A stretch of 64,000 nt of DNA from Candidatus Omnitrophota bacterium (GCA_044225175.1 JBGAJA010000004.1:145631-209630); one strand, 5' to 3'. Counted from the first letter of the stretch, positions 39,080 through 49,930 are shown. A program made the numbers and translations. Notes: a model not told the origin generated them from the sequence alone.

Positions 39080-39241
39080 TTAAACCTTCCTTTTTAATTC
39101 ACTGGCGGCACGATCGATCTTATTTTTGACATTGCCACGAAACTCATCTGCCTTACCCTCTGCTTTTAAACGCTTATTATTGGTCAAGTCCCCTGCAGCT
39201 TGTTTCACTCGGCCTTTAATCTTATCCATTTGTCCATCCAT
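39080..39241 (-). CDS. CsbD-family general stress protein; not in the ORF track
   Basis: I translated MDGQMDKIKGRVKQAAGDLTNNKRLKAEGKADEFRGNVKNKIDRAASELKRKV (53 aa). An SD GGAGG lies 5 nt upstream. It has the CsbD pattern K.KG..K…G….L.A.GK. Confidence 0.6.
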   Translation of the reverse strand: MDGQMDKIKGRVKQAAGDLTNNKRLKAEGKADEFRGNVKNKIDRAASELKRKV

Positions 39242-39335
39242 ATGAACCTCCTTTTAATAGGTTAATCCATCTAGGAGTATTTAAACAAAATGAAGGTTAA
39301 GATAGGATGAAACCATTAAGACTATAAGGAATTTC

Positions 39336-39893
39336 TTATTGTGCTTCAGATTTCCATCTATAGCCACGTTCGTCTAAAATGAACTTGGTTTCTTCAAACA
39401 GTTTGAGTACGGCAGGATAATTTTCAGCTTCTTTGAAGTTTTCGATCAGCCAATCCACATCACTTCCCCATTGCTTCAAAGAATTCATATTTCTTAAGAC
39501 TCTAAGCTTATTTCCCGTTCGGTTAAACATGGTGCTTTTAAGCAAAAAGGAGACGACTTTGTAGAGATTATATTCTTCAACAACACTTGTTAGGATTTCG
39601 CGGCGTTTATTGGCGTTTAATTGCAGATGATATCCAGCTTCCCTTAAGAAGCTTTGTTCTTTGAATTTAACAGCTGGATCATAGGGCTGGGCGGTTTTTA
39701 TGGGTTTGTAATCGATTGCCTCTAAATCTTCTTCAGGAGCAATACGGATTTGGCTGGAATTCACTTCCCTGATTCTGTATTGGGATGCAACTTCCTTATT
39801 TCCAGTAAAGAATTCTTTAAGAGAGGTTTGACCATCAACTAACCCAATAAACCCTTCGGTTTTGTGTTTCACATAGATGCCGTCTTCGAACAT
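39336..39893 (-). CDS. hypothetical protein (185 aa)
   Basis: It has no recognised motif. It lies 3 nt downstream of the Zn-ribbon protein gene. Confidence 0.35.
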   Translation of the reverse strand: MFEDGIYVKHKTEGFIGLVDGQTSLKEFFTGNKEVASQYRIREVNSSQIRIAPEEDLEAIDYKPIKTAQPYDPAVKFKEQSFLREAGYHLQLNANKRREILTSVVEEYNLYKVVSFLLKSTMFNRTGNKLRVLRNMNSLKQWGSDVDWLIENFKEAENYPAVLKLFEETKFILDERGYRWKSEAQ

Positions 39894-39896
39894 AAT

Positions 39897-40367
39897 TTAC
39901 TTTTTCTTAGAAACAACTTTCTTTTTAACAACCTTCTTGACCGCAACAGCCTTCTTTGTGGTTTTGGCTTTGGGTTTTTGAGTCTCAGGAGCTTTAGGGA
40001 TGGGTGTTTGAGCTATCGGCGTTTCTTTAGGTTGATCGTTCATGCCTATCTTAGATAAGCTGATGACTTTGCGGCGTGAGAAGCAGTCTTTGCAATAGAC
40101 GGGGCGATCTCCAGTTGGTTTAAAGGGAATCGAACATTCTTTTTTGCAGTCTGCACAAATCGCGCTATACATCATCCTTGCCTTGTGTTGATCATTTCCC
40201 TTTGCTTCCACACGGGGTTTATCCACAGGTGGTTTTGGAGGGGAAACCATTCCTGGCATAGATCGATTAATTAAAATGTTCACCTTCTTATCGAGCTCAA
40301 TCAATTGCGCTTGCATTTTGGTCATGACATCTAGCATCTCTGTTTCATTCTTCGAAGTTTTTTTCAT
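39897..40367 (-). CDS. Zn-ribbon protein with a Lys/Ala/Val-rich histone-H1-like C-terminal tail
   Basis: It has a coiled-coil N-terminus, then CADCKKECSIPFKPTGDRPVYCKDCF (CxxC…C-x2-C). The tail is KPKAKTTKKAVAVKKVVKKKVVSKKK. Confidence 0.4.
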   Translation of the reverse strand: MKKTSKNETEMLDVMTKMQAQLIELDKKVNILINRSMPGMVSPPKPPVDKPRVEAKGNDQHKARMMYSAICADCKKECSIPFKPTGDRPVYCKDCFSRRKVISLSKIGMNDQPKETPIAQTPIPKAPETQKPKAKTTKKAVAVKKVVKKKVVSKKK

Positions 40368-40388
40368 ACCACCCCCCCCAAATTAAAA

Positions 40389-40718
40389 TTAAAACTTCTT
40401 AAACACAAAAAACACAGCCGCAGCCATCAAAGCAAAACCAACCACGTAATTCCACTTTAATGGTTCCTTCAAATAGACAACTGAAAATATGGCAAAAACA
40501 ATTAGAGTGATCACTTCCTGAATAGTCTTTAGTTGGGCACCGTCAAATTGGCCGTAACCTATGCGGTTAGCAGGCACTTGAAAACAATATTCAAAGAAAG
40601 CAATCCCCCAGCTGATAAGAATCACAATCCATAAAGGAGAACCTTTATACTTTAAATGGCCATACCAGGCGATCGTCATAAAAATGTTGGATATGATTAA
40701 TAAAATGATGGTTGTCAT
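40389..40718 (-). CDS. small 4-TM DMT-superfamily protein (DUF486-like)
   Basis: The 109-aa product has four hydrophobic helices. It resembles DUF486/DMT small transporters from memory. Confidence 0.45.
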   Translation of the reverse strand: MTTIILLIISNIFMTIAWYGHLKYKGSPLWIVILISWGIAFFEYCFQVPANRIGYGQFDGAQLKTIQEVITLIVFAIFSVVYLKEPLKWNYVVGFALMAAAVFFVFKKF

Positions 40719-40735
40719 CCCAATCCTCCATTTAT

Positions 40736-41986
40736 TTAAATAAGTCCTTTTTTCACATACACTGGCCTAACAAGTTCCCTTAGACGCGGTAATTGAAAAG
40801 AAAATAATATTCCACCTAATATCAGACAGCTGCCTCCGGCAATGAATACAACCGTTACATTAAAATGATGCACAATAGTTCCTGCAAGTAGACTTCCAAA
40901 AGGCGCCATTCCCATGAAAGCCATGGTATAAAAACTCATGACCCTTCCTCTTTTGTTTTCCTCAACCATATTTTGCAAAAGAGTGTTGGAAGAGGCCATC
41001 TGAACAATCATTCCAAATCCGCATAAGACTAACATGAACAGTGAAAAAATGAAAGATGGGGAAAGGATAAATCCAATCATGCCTATTCCAAATAAAAAAC
41101 ATGCCCTCACCATAATTTTACCCAAACCTTTAACAGTTTTGCGGCTTGCTAAGAAAATTGCCCCTAGCAAAGAACCTAAACCGGAAGCACCCATTAAAAG
41201 ACCTAAGGTGGTTGCTCCCCCATGAAAAATATCTTTGGCAAAAACTGGCATCAAAATCTGCACACCGCCTGCAATGAGACTTACCATACTTAACAATATA
41301 AGAATGGTTCTAATGGGCATAAATCCAAAGGCATAATCGAATCCTTCTTTTAAATCGTCCCATAAAGGTTTAGGAACACCCTTTTCCTTCTTAGGAACAT
41401 GCATGATTATAAGAGAGGCAATGACGCCTATGTAACTTAATGCGTTGATTAAAAAGCAAGGGCCTTCACCGAAACTGGCAATTAAAAAACCGCCAATGGA
41501 TGGTCCTAACAGACGAGCAGCGTTGACGGTCGATGAATTAAGAGCGATGGCATTGCTCAAATCTTTATTATCATTAATGAGTTCTGATGTGAAGGACTGG
41601 CGCACAGGGATATCAAAAGCATTGATCGCACCCAGCAAAGCACTTAATACAAGAATCTCCCAAACTTGAATGGTGTTGGTCAGCACCAAGAAAGCTAACA
41701 CACATGCCTGAATCATCGCGGCACTTTGGGTCAGCAATAACAACCTATGACGATGATGGCGATCAGCTATGACTCCCGCTAAAGGAGCTAAGACAAAGGC
41801 AGCTATTTGACTGCTAAAGCCTACTACTCCTAACAATAAAGCAGACTCTGTAAGTCGATAGACTAACCAGCCTAAGGCAATTTGCTGAATCCAGGTTCCT
41901 AACAATGAAATGCTTTGACCGAAGAAGAAAATGCGATAATTGCGATGACGCAACGCTCGGAATATTTCAAGTTTTCCTAAACTCAT
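40736..41986 (-). CDS. MFS transporter
   Basis: It is a 12-TM protein with an MFS signature-like G(x)3D(R/K)xGRR region (GVIADRHHRHRL). Confidence 0.8.
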   Translation of the reverse strand: MSLGKLEIFRALRHRNYRIFFFGQSISLLGTWIQQIALGWLVYRLTESALLLGVVGFSSQIAAFVLAPLAGVIADRHHRHRLLLLTQSAAMIQACVLAFLVLTNTIQVWEILVLSALLGAINAFDIPVRQSFTSELINDNKDLSNAIALNSSTVNAARLLGPSIGGFLIASFGEGPCFLINALSYIGVIASLIIMHVPKKEKGVPKPLWDDLKEGFDYAFGFMPIRTILILLSMVSLIAGGVQILMPVFAKDIFHGGATTLGLLMGASGLGSLLGAIFLASRKTVKGLGKIMVRACFLFGIGMIGFILSPSFIFSLFMLVLCGFGMIVQMASSNTLLQNMVEENKRGRVMSFYTMAFMGMAPFGSLLAGTIVHHFNVTVVFIAGGSCLILGGILFSFQLPRLRELVRPVYVKKGLI

Positions 41987-41991
41987 TTAAA

Positions 41992-42585
41992 TTATTTAAG
42001 TAATCCTTCGTGCTGTAAAGTTTTTTGAATAGAAGCTCGCGGCATCAGCCGTTTTAAATAGTCATTGATATTGTTATATGGTCTTAAATCAACATTTAGC
42101 ATAGGACACCAGATAAGAATAACGACTAAATAGGCATCTGCTGCACTAAACGCATTGCTGAAGACAAATTCTTTTCCTGCTAAATGATCATCTATCAGTT
42201 TAAGACGTTTGGCTGCTTTGTCTTTAATATTTTTAATTACTTCCTCTGGTCCTCCTGCCTTATAAGCGAATAGGGAACCAATGCCTTTGTGCAATTCCGT
42301 TGATATAAACGCAAGCCATTCCAGAAATTGATAACGGTCCCCTTTCACATTTCCTTTTAAATCACTGAGATAGGACAAAATCGCAATGTTCTCAGTCAAA
42401 ACCTGTCCATTATCCAAAATAAGAACTGGCACATAACCTTTGGGATTAATTTGATAAAAATCCTTACCATCTTGCGTTTGATGTGTTTTTAAATCAACTT
42501 TTTCAGTACTGTGAGAAATATTCCATTCATGAAGAAGAATGTGGGATGCCATAGAACAAGCACCGGGAGAATAATATAATTTCAT
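41992..42585 (-). CDS. glutathione S-transferase
   Basis: It has the N-terminal thioredoxin-like GST motif (MKLYYSPGACSMASHI) and a C-terminal helical domain. Confidence 0.8.
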   Translation of the reverse strand: MKLYYSPGACSMASHILLHEWNISHSTEKVDLKTHQTQDGKDFYQINPKGYVPVLILDNGQVLTENIAILSYLSDLKGNVKGDRYQFLEWLAFISTELHKGIGSLFAYKAGGPEEVIKNIKDKAAKRLKLIDDHLAGKEFVFSNAFSAADAYLVVILIWCPMLNVDLRPYNNINDYLKRLMPRASIQKTLQHEGLLK

Positions 42586-42770
42586 AGCAACCTCCTTATA
42601 TTAGGAAACAAGAACCAAAGATCATTAGATCCCATATTGAGTGAGATTGTTGTGGTTGTTTCTTTGAAAATTTTAACTTTTGAGCCACCATAATACACCT
42701 TCCTTTCTTTAAGCTACAACTTGATTGTAGCAAAACAAAATGAAGAGGAGATTAAGGAAAACGCTGTATT

Positions 42771-44963
42771 TCAATTCAAGCTATTACGTCTCAATCTCAG
42801 GGCATTTCCTATCACGGAAACTGAGCTTACGCTCATGGCTGCCCCTGCGATCATAGGGCTTAGGAGGATTCCGATGAAGGGGTATAGGATTCCGGCGGCG
42901 ATGGGGACGCCTAGGATATTGTAGATAAAGGCGAAAAATAAATTTTGTTTGATATTGGTCATAACGGCTCTTGAGAGTTTTAGAGCTTTGACGATTCCAT
43001 TAAGATCGCCTTTGACTAAGGTGATTCCTGCACTTTCAATTGCCACATCTGTTCCTGTTCCCATAGCAACCCCTACATCCGCTTGCGCAAGTGCTGGGGC
43101 ATCATTAATGCCGTCGCCTGCCATTAACACAATTGCACCCTTCGCTTTAAATTCTTTAACAATCTCCTGTTTGGCTTGGGGTTCTAACCCGCCACGTACA
43201 TCATCGATGTTCAATTCCCTTGCAATAACCTCAGCGGTCTTTTGATTGTCCCCGGTTAGCATCACAACCTTGATTCCCATTTCATGAAGAGCCTTGATTG
43301 CTTCTGGCGTTGATTTCTTAATTGGATCTGAAATCCCAAGAATACCCATTACCTTTTGATCAGCGGCTAACCAAATCACCGTCTGTGCCTTCTCCTGCAA
43401 GCCTTCAGCTTTGATTCTTAAATCTTCTGGAATTCCAATCTTTTGATCTTCAATAAATTTCTTCTTGCCTACGATGATTGTTTGCCCGTTGATCCTGCCC
43501 TTGATGCCACCACCGGTGATTGATTCAAAATTCTCTACCTTCTGTAAATTGATGTTTCTTGTCTTTGCATAATCAATGAGCGCACGAGCTAGCGGATGTT
43601 CACTGCTTTGCTCAAGCGATGCAGCCATAAAAATGAGCTTGCCTTCATCTTCACCGAAATTTGAAATACACGCCGTTACCTTAGGTCTTCCTTCAGTCAA
43701 TGTTCCCGTTTTATCAGTAAGAACATACGTCACCTTCTGAGCTTTCTCAATCGCCTGTGCATTCTTAATCAAAATCCCTGCTTGCGCGCCACGGCCAACA
43801 CCAACCATGATCGACATGGGTGTAGCTAGCCCCAAGGCACATGGGCAGGCGATGATGAGAACAGCAATGGCATTCACAATCGCATACGCCAATCTTGGCT
43901 CTGGCCCGATAGATGACCAAACAAAAAATGTCAGAACAGAAATCAACATGACAATGGGAACAAAATAACCTGACACTTGATCTGCAAGCTTTTGAATAGG
44001 TGCTTGGCTGCGCTGAGCATCAGACACCATATGCACAATTTGAGACAGAAGAGTTTCTGCTCCCACCTTTTCTGTTTTCATCACAAAACTACCGGTTTGA
44101 TTGACGGTTGCCCCAATCACACGATCCCCCGCATATTTCTCAACAGGGATAGGTTCACCTGAAATCATAGATTCATCAATACTGCTATGCCCCTCTGTAA
44201 TAATCCCATCTAACGGAACTTTTTCTCCTGGACGAACACGAAGCAAATCTCCTTTTTGAACAAGCTCGATTGCCACTTCTTCTTCAACACCATTGACAAT
44301 ACGATGCGCATTCTTAGCCGCCAATCCCAACAGAGCTTTAATCGCTTCTCCTGTTTGAGCACGAGCCTTAGCTTCTAATAATTGCCCCAAAAGAATGAGT
44401 ACGGTAATCACCGCAGCAGCTTCAAAATATAGATCAATAGCGCCCATTTTCTTCAATGATTCAGGAAAGATGCCCGGCAGCAAGGTAGCAACCGTGCTGT
44501 AGCCGTAGGCTGCTCCTACACCAAGCGCTATCAAGGTGAACATATTTAAAGATTTATTAATGACTGATTTGTAACCCTTAACAAAAAATATGCCGCCTGC
44601 CCACAGAACAACAGGTGTGGCTAGAATCAATTGGATGATTGCTAATACGTCATGAGAGATGAATGATTGAAGATTGATTGCTGGAATCATATCAGCCACC
44701 ACTAACAACACCAGAGGTGTTGTTAGTGATAGGCCAATCCAAAACTTCAACGATAGAGAATCAATTTCATGTTTGTCGTCATTACTTTCAGCTGTTGGAC
44801 TCACAGGTTCCAGATGCATGCCGCATTTAGGGCAATCTCCCGGGTGATCCTGACGAATCTCTGGATGCATGGGGCAGGTATAGATAGCGCCTGCAGCTGC
44901 AACAGCTTTAACTTGAGGCTTTTCATGCCCATGCGAGCAGCACGAATGTTGATGTTCTTCCAT
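42771..44963 (-). CDS. copA: Cu(I)-translocating P1B-type ATPase with an N-terminal HMBD (CPMHP…CPxCGM) metal-binding domain
   Basis: It has TM CPC ([13 protein letters not shown]), DKTGTLT, a TGD hinge and GDGINDAP. The N-terminus has CCSHGHE and [26 protein letters not shown]. Confidence 0.9.
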   Translation of the reverse strand: MEEHQHSCCSHGHEKPQVKAVAAAGAIYTCPMHPEIRQDHPGDCPKCGMHLEPVSPTAESNDDKHEIDSLSLKFWIGLSLTTPLVLLVVADMIPAINLQSFISHDVLAIIQLILATPVVLWAGGIFFVKGYKSVINKSLNMFTLIALGVGAAYGYSTVATLLPGIFPESLKKMGAIDLYFEAAAVITVLILLGQLLEAKARAQTGEAIKALLGLAAKNAHRIVNGVEEEVAIELVQKGDLLRVRPGEKVPLDGIITEGHSSIDESMISGEPIPVEKYAGDRVIGATVNQTGSFVMKTEKVGAETLLSQIVHMVSDAQRSQAPIQKLADQVSGYFVPIVMLISVLTFFVWSSIGPEPRLAYAIVNAIAVLIIACPCALGLATPMSIMVGVGRGAQAGILIKNAQAIEKAQKVTYVLTDKTGTLTEGRPKVTACISNFGEDEGKLIFMAASLEQSSEHPLARALIDYAKTRNINLQKVENFESITGGGIKGRINGQTIIVGKKKFIEDQKIGIPEDLRIKAEGLQEKAQTVIWLAADQKVMGILGISDPIKKSTPEAIKALHEMGIKVVMLTGDNQKTAEVIARELNIDDVRGGLEPQAKQEIVKEFKAKGAIVLMAGDGINDAPALAQADVGVAMGTGTDVAIESAGITLVKGDLNGIVKALKLSRAVMTNIKQNLFFAFIYNILGVPIAAGILYPFIGILLSPMIAGAAMSVSSVSVIGNALRLRRNSLN

Positions 44964-44982
44964 GCTGAGCCTCCTTTAAAGA

Positions 44983-45426
44983 TTAATGATGTGCTGAGTG
45001 ATCAACAGTTGGCTTATCTGCTGCTGGAGCTTTATCATCGTCGTCATTATCCATATCAGGCTTACCCATTCCTTTGCTCATTTTTTGACACATGGCACAC
45101 ATCTTGCTTTCTTCTGCTTTAATTTCTACTTCCTTAACCAAATTAAGATTGGCATCATACTTAGACAATTTATGACCACTCAAAACGATAACACCACCAT
45201 CGTTGGAAGCAACCATAGAAGTCTTATTCATCATTGCATTCATCATCATACCCTTGGACATCATGCCACCTTTGTCACCCATCATGCCCATCATCCCACC
45301 TTTACCCTCCATCATTCCTGCCTTGTCTTGCATCATTTCCTTACCCTTATCCTCCATCTGAGCTAATGCGAATCCCGAAACAATTAAAACAACAACTGCT
45401 GCCATTATTGCGATACTGTTTTTCAT
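44983..45426 (-). CDS. periplasmic methionine-rich Cu-binding protein
   Basis: It has a signal peptide (ALA|QM), Met-rich MxxM/GMM repeats, then CAMC and a C-terminal HSAHH. Confidence 0.55.
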   Translation of the reverse strand: MKNSIAIMAAVVVLIVSGFALAQMEDKGKEMMQDKAGMMEGKGGMMGMMGDKGGMMSKGMMMNAMMNKTSMVASNDGGVIVLSGHKLSKYDANLNLVKEVEIKAEESKMCAMCQKMSKGMGKPDMDNDDDDKAPAADKPTVDHSAHH

Positions 45427-45480
45427 AGACTTCTCCTTTTTTGTTACTAGAATTTATCGATATAACCCTGCAACTAACTT

Positions 45481-45497
45481 ATTTTGTACGGGCGGGG
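45481..45497. other. GC-rich hairpin GGCGGGG-taa-CCCCGCC between the YHS and Met-rich genes
   Basis: It is a perfect 7-bp GC stem with a U-tract only on the plus strand. It may be an antisense terminator or an RNA processing site. Confidence 0.3.
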
Positions 45498-45514
45498 TAA
45501 CCCCGCCCCTACGA

Positions 45515-45793
45515 TTATTTTTTCTCTGCTGCTACTTCATCTTCAGCGATCTTGCTGAATTTCTCTGGGCTATTCTTGAAATCTTTCTTACACATGGGGC
45601 AGCAAAGATTATAAATCTTGCCATTATATTCATACTGCACACCCTTGCCCATTGTACCAACCTTCTCCCCACTGACTGGGCATAATTTATTTCCTACCTC
45701 AACTAACTTCGCTGCCTGTGGCGCTGACTGAGCGAAAGATACCCCTGATACCAATAAAAGAACCCCTAGTGTTAATGCTGTGATCGTTTTCAT
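45515..45793 (-). CDS. periplasmic YHS-domain protein
   Basis: It has a signal peptide (SFA|QS) and CPVSGEKV…YEYNGKIYNLCCPMCKKDFKNSPEKF. Confidence 0.6.
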   Translation of the reverse strand: MKTITALTLGVLLLVSGVSFAQSAPQAAKLVEVGNKLCPVSGEKVGTMGKGVQYEYNGKIYNLCCPMCKKDFKNSPEKFSKIAEDEVAAEKK

Positions 45794-45809
45794 TTTGATT
45801 CTCCTTTGT

Positions 45810-48800
45810 TTATTGTTTTCCGCCCGAGGCGGATCCGCCTAAGGCGGAAGATTTCCACATAAAATAAATCGCTGGATAAACCAGAAGCTCCAGGATAAAT
45901 GAGGTTCCAAGCCCTCCTACCATCGGCGCAGCAATACGTTTCATGACGTCCGAACCTGAACCTACAGCAAACATGATAGGCAAAAGCCCAATCATCGCAG
46001 CCATCACCGTCATCATCTTAGGACGAATACGACGAACAGCACCGTGAAGAATTGCTTCTCTTAAGTCTTCCTTGTTGTTCATCTTGCCCTTTGCTACAGC
46101 ATCATTATACGCCATATCCAGGAACAATAACATTAAGACGCCTGTCTCAGCATCTAAGCCCATGAGCGCAATCATTCCCACCCACACAGCAATCGATACA
46201 TTGTATCCAAGTGCCCACAAGAACCAGACAGCACCAATCAATGAGAATGGTACCGCTAAAAGCACGATCGATGTTTTAACAATTGAACGCGTACTGAAAT
46301 ACAAGAGCAAGGCGATTAGAAACAACGTCAAAGGAAGAACAATCTTCAATCGATCCTGCACCCTTAACATATTTTCATACTGACCGCTAAACAATAAACT
46401 GTAGCCTTGAGGTGTCTTATAGTTAGTGCTGATAGCTTCCTTGGCATGCTTCACATAGGAACCAATATCAACACCTGCTACATCGACGTAGACATAGCCG
46501 GCCAGCATTCCATTTTCATTACGAAGCATGGCTGGACCTGTGCGAAGCACTAGATCAGCAACTTGCCCTAAAGCTACCTGCGCCCCAGAAGGCGTTGCAA
46601 TCAATACATGCTCCAACTGAGATAAATCACTTCGAAGTTCTCTTGGGTAACGAACGCTCACTCCAAAGCGTGCACGCCCCTCCACCGTTGTTGTGATATT
46701 CTCTCCTCCAACGGCAGCTAAGATGGTTTCTTGAGCTTGCGCGACTGTTAATCCATAACGAGCTAATGCCTCTCGCTTTAGATCAAAATCAACATAGTAT
46801 CCGCCTGCTGTTCGTTCAGCGAAGACACTGCGGGTTCCTGGAATATCCTTAAGAATCCCTTCAAGATGCAAACCTATCTCTTCGATTCTTTTGATATCTT
46901 CTCCCAAAATCTTAATTCCAACGGGAGTTCTGATTCCCGTTGAAAGCATATCAATACGATTCTTAATGGGCATGGTCCACGCATTGGTTGTTCCTGGAAT
47001 CTTGAGCGCCTCATCCATCTCTTGAATCAAAGCCTCATGGGAAATGGTCTTACCATTAATCTTTCGCCATTGAGAGGCAGGTTTAAGCATCACTGTTGTT
47101 TCCATCATAGAAAACGGCGCTGGGTCTGTGGAAGACTCCATTCGTCCAGCCTTTCCCCAGACACGCTCAACTTCAGGAAAACTTTTTAAGATATGATCCT
47201 GTGTCTGTAGCAGCTTGGTTGCCTCAGTCACTGAGATACCAGGCATGGTCGTTGGCATATAGAGGATATCCCCTTCCCACAATGGCGGCATAAACTCACT
47301 ACCTAATTTCAGATACACCGGCACCGTCGTAGCCACCAGTAAGATAGCCGTGATAATGGTTGCCTTGCTATGCTTTAAGACAAACTTGCAAGCAGGTTCA
47401 TAAACGGCAAACATCAGTTTACTGACCGGATGTTTCTCTTCTGGGTAATATTTACCAACCAGCAAAGTGTTAACGATCTTTGACTTATAGGGCTTAACCC
47501 TTAAGAACAACATGCGAAGCGCAGGGTTAAAGGTGACCACCAAAAACGCAGCGAAGATCATGGCAAACGTCTTCGACCATGCGAGTGGTTTAAACAAACG
47601 TCCTTCTTGATCGATCAGAGTAAAGATTGGCAAGAATGAAACAGCGATCACCAGAAGTGAGAAGAATACCGAAGGGCCAACTTCTTTAAGCGCGCGGATA
47701 CACACTGCCTGATAATTTTCCTTCCTCCCTGAACTCTCCCATTCCTCCAAACGCTTATAGACGTTCTCCATCTGAACGATGGCGCCATCGACCAAAACCC
47801 CAATAGAAATAGCAATCCCTGCTAGCGACATAATATTGGATGTTAATTTCAAACCAAGCAATGGAATGAATGCTAGAAGCACAGCAATTGGAATCGTAAT
47901 GATTGGAATAAAGGCTGATGGGAAATGCCAGAGAAACAACATGATAACTAGAGAAACAACAATCATTTCTTCAATCAGCTGTTTCTTGAGATGATTGATG
48001 GAGTTTAGAATCAGCTGTGAACGATCATAGGTGGTGACAACCTCGACCCCTTCAGGAAGTGATGATTTAATCTCCTGGAGTCTTGCCTTCACGCGATCAA
48101 TCACCTGCAGGGCATTTTCACCAAATCGCATAACGATTGTGCCGCCTACCGCATCGCCCTGGCCATCTAGATCAGCAATTCCACGGCGAATATCTGGCCC
48201 TGTGGCCACATGGGCCACAGCCTTAAGCAAGACCGGCGTCCCATTCACTGCAGTACCAACAACTGTATTCTCAATGTCTTCAATGGACTTTAAATACCCG
48301 TGAGAGCGCACCATGTATTCAGCACCGCTAAATTCAAGCAACCTTCCACCAGCTTCCTGATTGCTTTCACGTACGGCATTGATCACATTGTTAATGGGAA
48401 GCTTAAAACCTATCAATTTCTGAGGATCAACCGTGATCTGATACTGCTTGGTAAATCCTCCAATGGAAGCAACCTCAGCTACCCCTGGCACACTTTGCAA
48501 TTGATACTTCAAATTCCAATCTTGAAATGTACGAAGCTCCTCTAAGGAATGCTTGCCTGAATGATCAACCAATGCATATTGATACACCCACCCTACTCCT
48601 GTGGCATCGGGCCCCAGCTCAGTCCTCACCCCCTCAGGCAGACGAGCTGTAATTTTGTTTAAATATTCCAGCACCCGGCTTCTGGCCCAATACATATCTG
48701 TGCCATCTTTAAAAATGACATAAACATAGGAAAATCCAAAGTCAGAGAACCCGCGAATCGCTTTTACTCCTGGGGCGCCTAGTAATGATGAAACAATCGG

Positions 48801-49022
48801 ATAGGTTACCTGATCTTCAATCACATCCGGACTTCTGTCCCAACGGGAATAGATGATCACCTGTGTATCTGAAAGGTCAGGAATGGCATCCAAGGAAATG
48901 TTCTTCATGGACCAAATGGCCCACACTAATGAACAGGCGACCAAAAGAATAACCAAGAATTTATTAGCCACTGAAAAGCCAATCAACTTCTCAATCCAAG
49001 TTTCTCTAACTTGATTATTCAT
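45810..49022 (-). CDS. cusA: heavy-metal efflux RND transporter, CusA/CzcA family
   Basis: The 1070-aa product has 12 TM helices and two large periplasmic loops. The N-terminus is typical HME-RND (IEKLIGFSVANKFLVILLVAC). It overlaps cusB by 8 nt. Confidence 0.9.
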   Translation of the reverse strand: MNNQVRETWIEKLIGFSVANKFLVILLVACSLVWAIWSMKNISLDAIPDLSDTQVIIYSRWDRSPDVIEDQVTYPIVSSLLGAPGVKAIRGFSDFGFSYVYVIFKDGTDMYWARSRVLEYLNKITARLPEGVRTELGPDATGVGWVYQYALVDHSGKHSLEELRTFQDWNLKYQLQSVPGVAEVASIGGFTKQYQITVDPQKLIGFKLPINNVINAVRESNQEAGGRLLEFSGAEYMVRSHGYLKSIEDIENTVVGTAVNGTPVLLKAVAHVATGPDIRRGIADLDGQGDAVGGTIVMRFGENALQVIDRVKARLQEIKSSLPEGVEVVTTYDRSQLILNSINHLKKQLIEEMIVVSLVIMLFLWHFPSAFIPIITIPIAVLLAFIPLLGLKLTSNIMSLAGIAISIGVLVDGAIVQMENVYKRLEEWESSGRKENYQAVCIRALKEVGPSVFFSLLVIAVSFLPIFTLIDQEGRLFKPLAWSKTFAMIFAAFLVVTFNPALRMLFLRVKPYKSKIVNTLLVGKYYPEEKHPVSKLMFAVYEPACKFVLKHSKATIITAILLVATTVPVYLKLGSEFMPPLWEGDILYMPTTMPGISVTEATKLLQTQDHILKSFPEVERVWGKAGRMESSTDPAPFSMMETTVMLKPASQWRKINGKTISHEALIQEMDEALKIPGTTNAWTMPIKNRIDMLSTGIRTPVGIKILGEDIKRIEEIGLHLEGILKDIPGTRSVFAERTAGGYYVDFDLKREALARYGLTVAQAQETILAAVGGENITTTVEGRARFGVSVRYPRELRSDLSQLEHVLIATPSGAQVALGQVADLVLRTGPAMLRNENGMLAGYVYVDVAGVDIGSYVKHAKEAISTNYKTPQGYSLLFSGQYENMLRVQDRLKIVLPLTLFLIALLLYFSTRSIVKTSIVLLAVPFSLIGAVWFLWALGYNVSIAVWVGMIALMGLDAETGVLMLLFLDMAYNDAVAKGKMNNKEDLREAILHGAVRRIRPKMMTVMAAMIGLLPIMFAVGSGSDVMKRIAAPMVGGLGTSFILELLVYPAIYFMWKSSALGGSASGGKQ

Positions 49023-49841
49023 GTGAAGTCTCCCCAGCTAACGCTGCTTGAAGACGGCTTTCGGAATCTAGTAAGAAGTTGGCTCCTGTAGCTATTTTCT
49101 GTCCTTCTTGTAAGCCTTCTTTAATTTGAATCCAGCCTTGGGATTCTAAGCCAGTCTTGACCTGTTGAGGATGAAAGTTATTGTCTTTTTCTACTATAAA
49201 AACAACAGCCCTTGTTCCTGTCATCATGACGCTATCTCGAGGGACAACTAGTGTGGGTGATGACTCAACAGGAATGGTGACATGGACATACATATTACCT
49301 CGTAATTTCATGTCTACCCCCCTGACATCAATACGGACATTGACCGTACGTGTTATAGAATCCACCTTCCAATCTATATAACGAACAATGCCGTGAATCG
49401 ATTCTCCAAAAGTTGGAATCTCAATAGTGGCCTTTTGCCCCAACTGAATCAATGGTATATCGATCTCAGAAATTTGAGCATAAATGGGAAATGTTCTAGC
49501 TGATTTGGAAGCTTGAAAATTAGGATCCACAATTCCAGGAGCACGGATTGTTTTAACTAAGGCTTTCTTTTCTACCATCAGAGATTTTAATCCCATCAAT
49601 TGTTGCTTCGGCTCTTTGATTGTCACCGGCACATAACCATCAACCTTCTGAGCCAATTGATCTCGATGGGCTGCCTCTGACTTTTCTTCCTTCTTAACTA
49701 AATTCATCCCACAAATAGGACATTGCCCTGGCCTATCTGAAGTGTAAGTCGGATGCATGGGACAATACCAAATTTCTTTGGCATATACAGATACGCTTGT
49801 GAAGATTACGGCTAATACAACTAATATGATTTCTTTCATAA
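49015..49841 (-). CDS. cusB: efflux RND periplasmic adaptor (CusB-like) with an N-terminal HMBD (CPMHP…CPICGM)
   Basis: The true start is MKEIILVVLAVIFTSVSVYA (ATG at 49839-49841). It has YCPMHPTYTSDRPGQCPICGMNL, then a membrane-fusion beta-barrel/lipoyl fold. The track's 52-aa extension is rejected. Confidence 0.8.
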
Positions 49842-49930
49842 TGATCCCCTTATATTGATGATTTGAACTTCCCCTAACCCCCACTTTGAAAAAAGAGGGG
49901 TTAGGAGAGTTCCTAATATTTTTATTGAAA

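Noticed and set aside
45821-45847. A GC-rich inverted repeat (CCGCCCGAGGCGGATCCGCCTAAGGCGG) flagged as a possible terminator or REP element
   Set aside because: It lies inside the cusA C-terminal coding sequence (…GGSASGGKQ*), so the sequence is constrained by coding. No second copy was seen elsewhere in the window.
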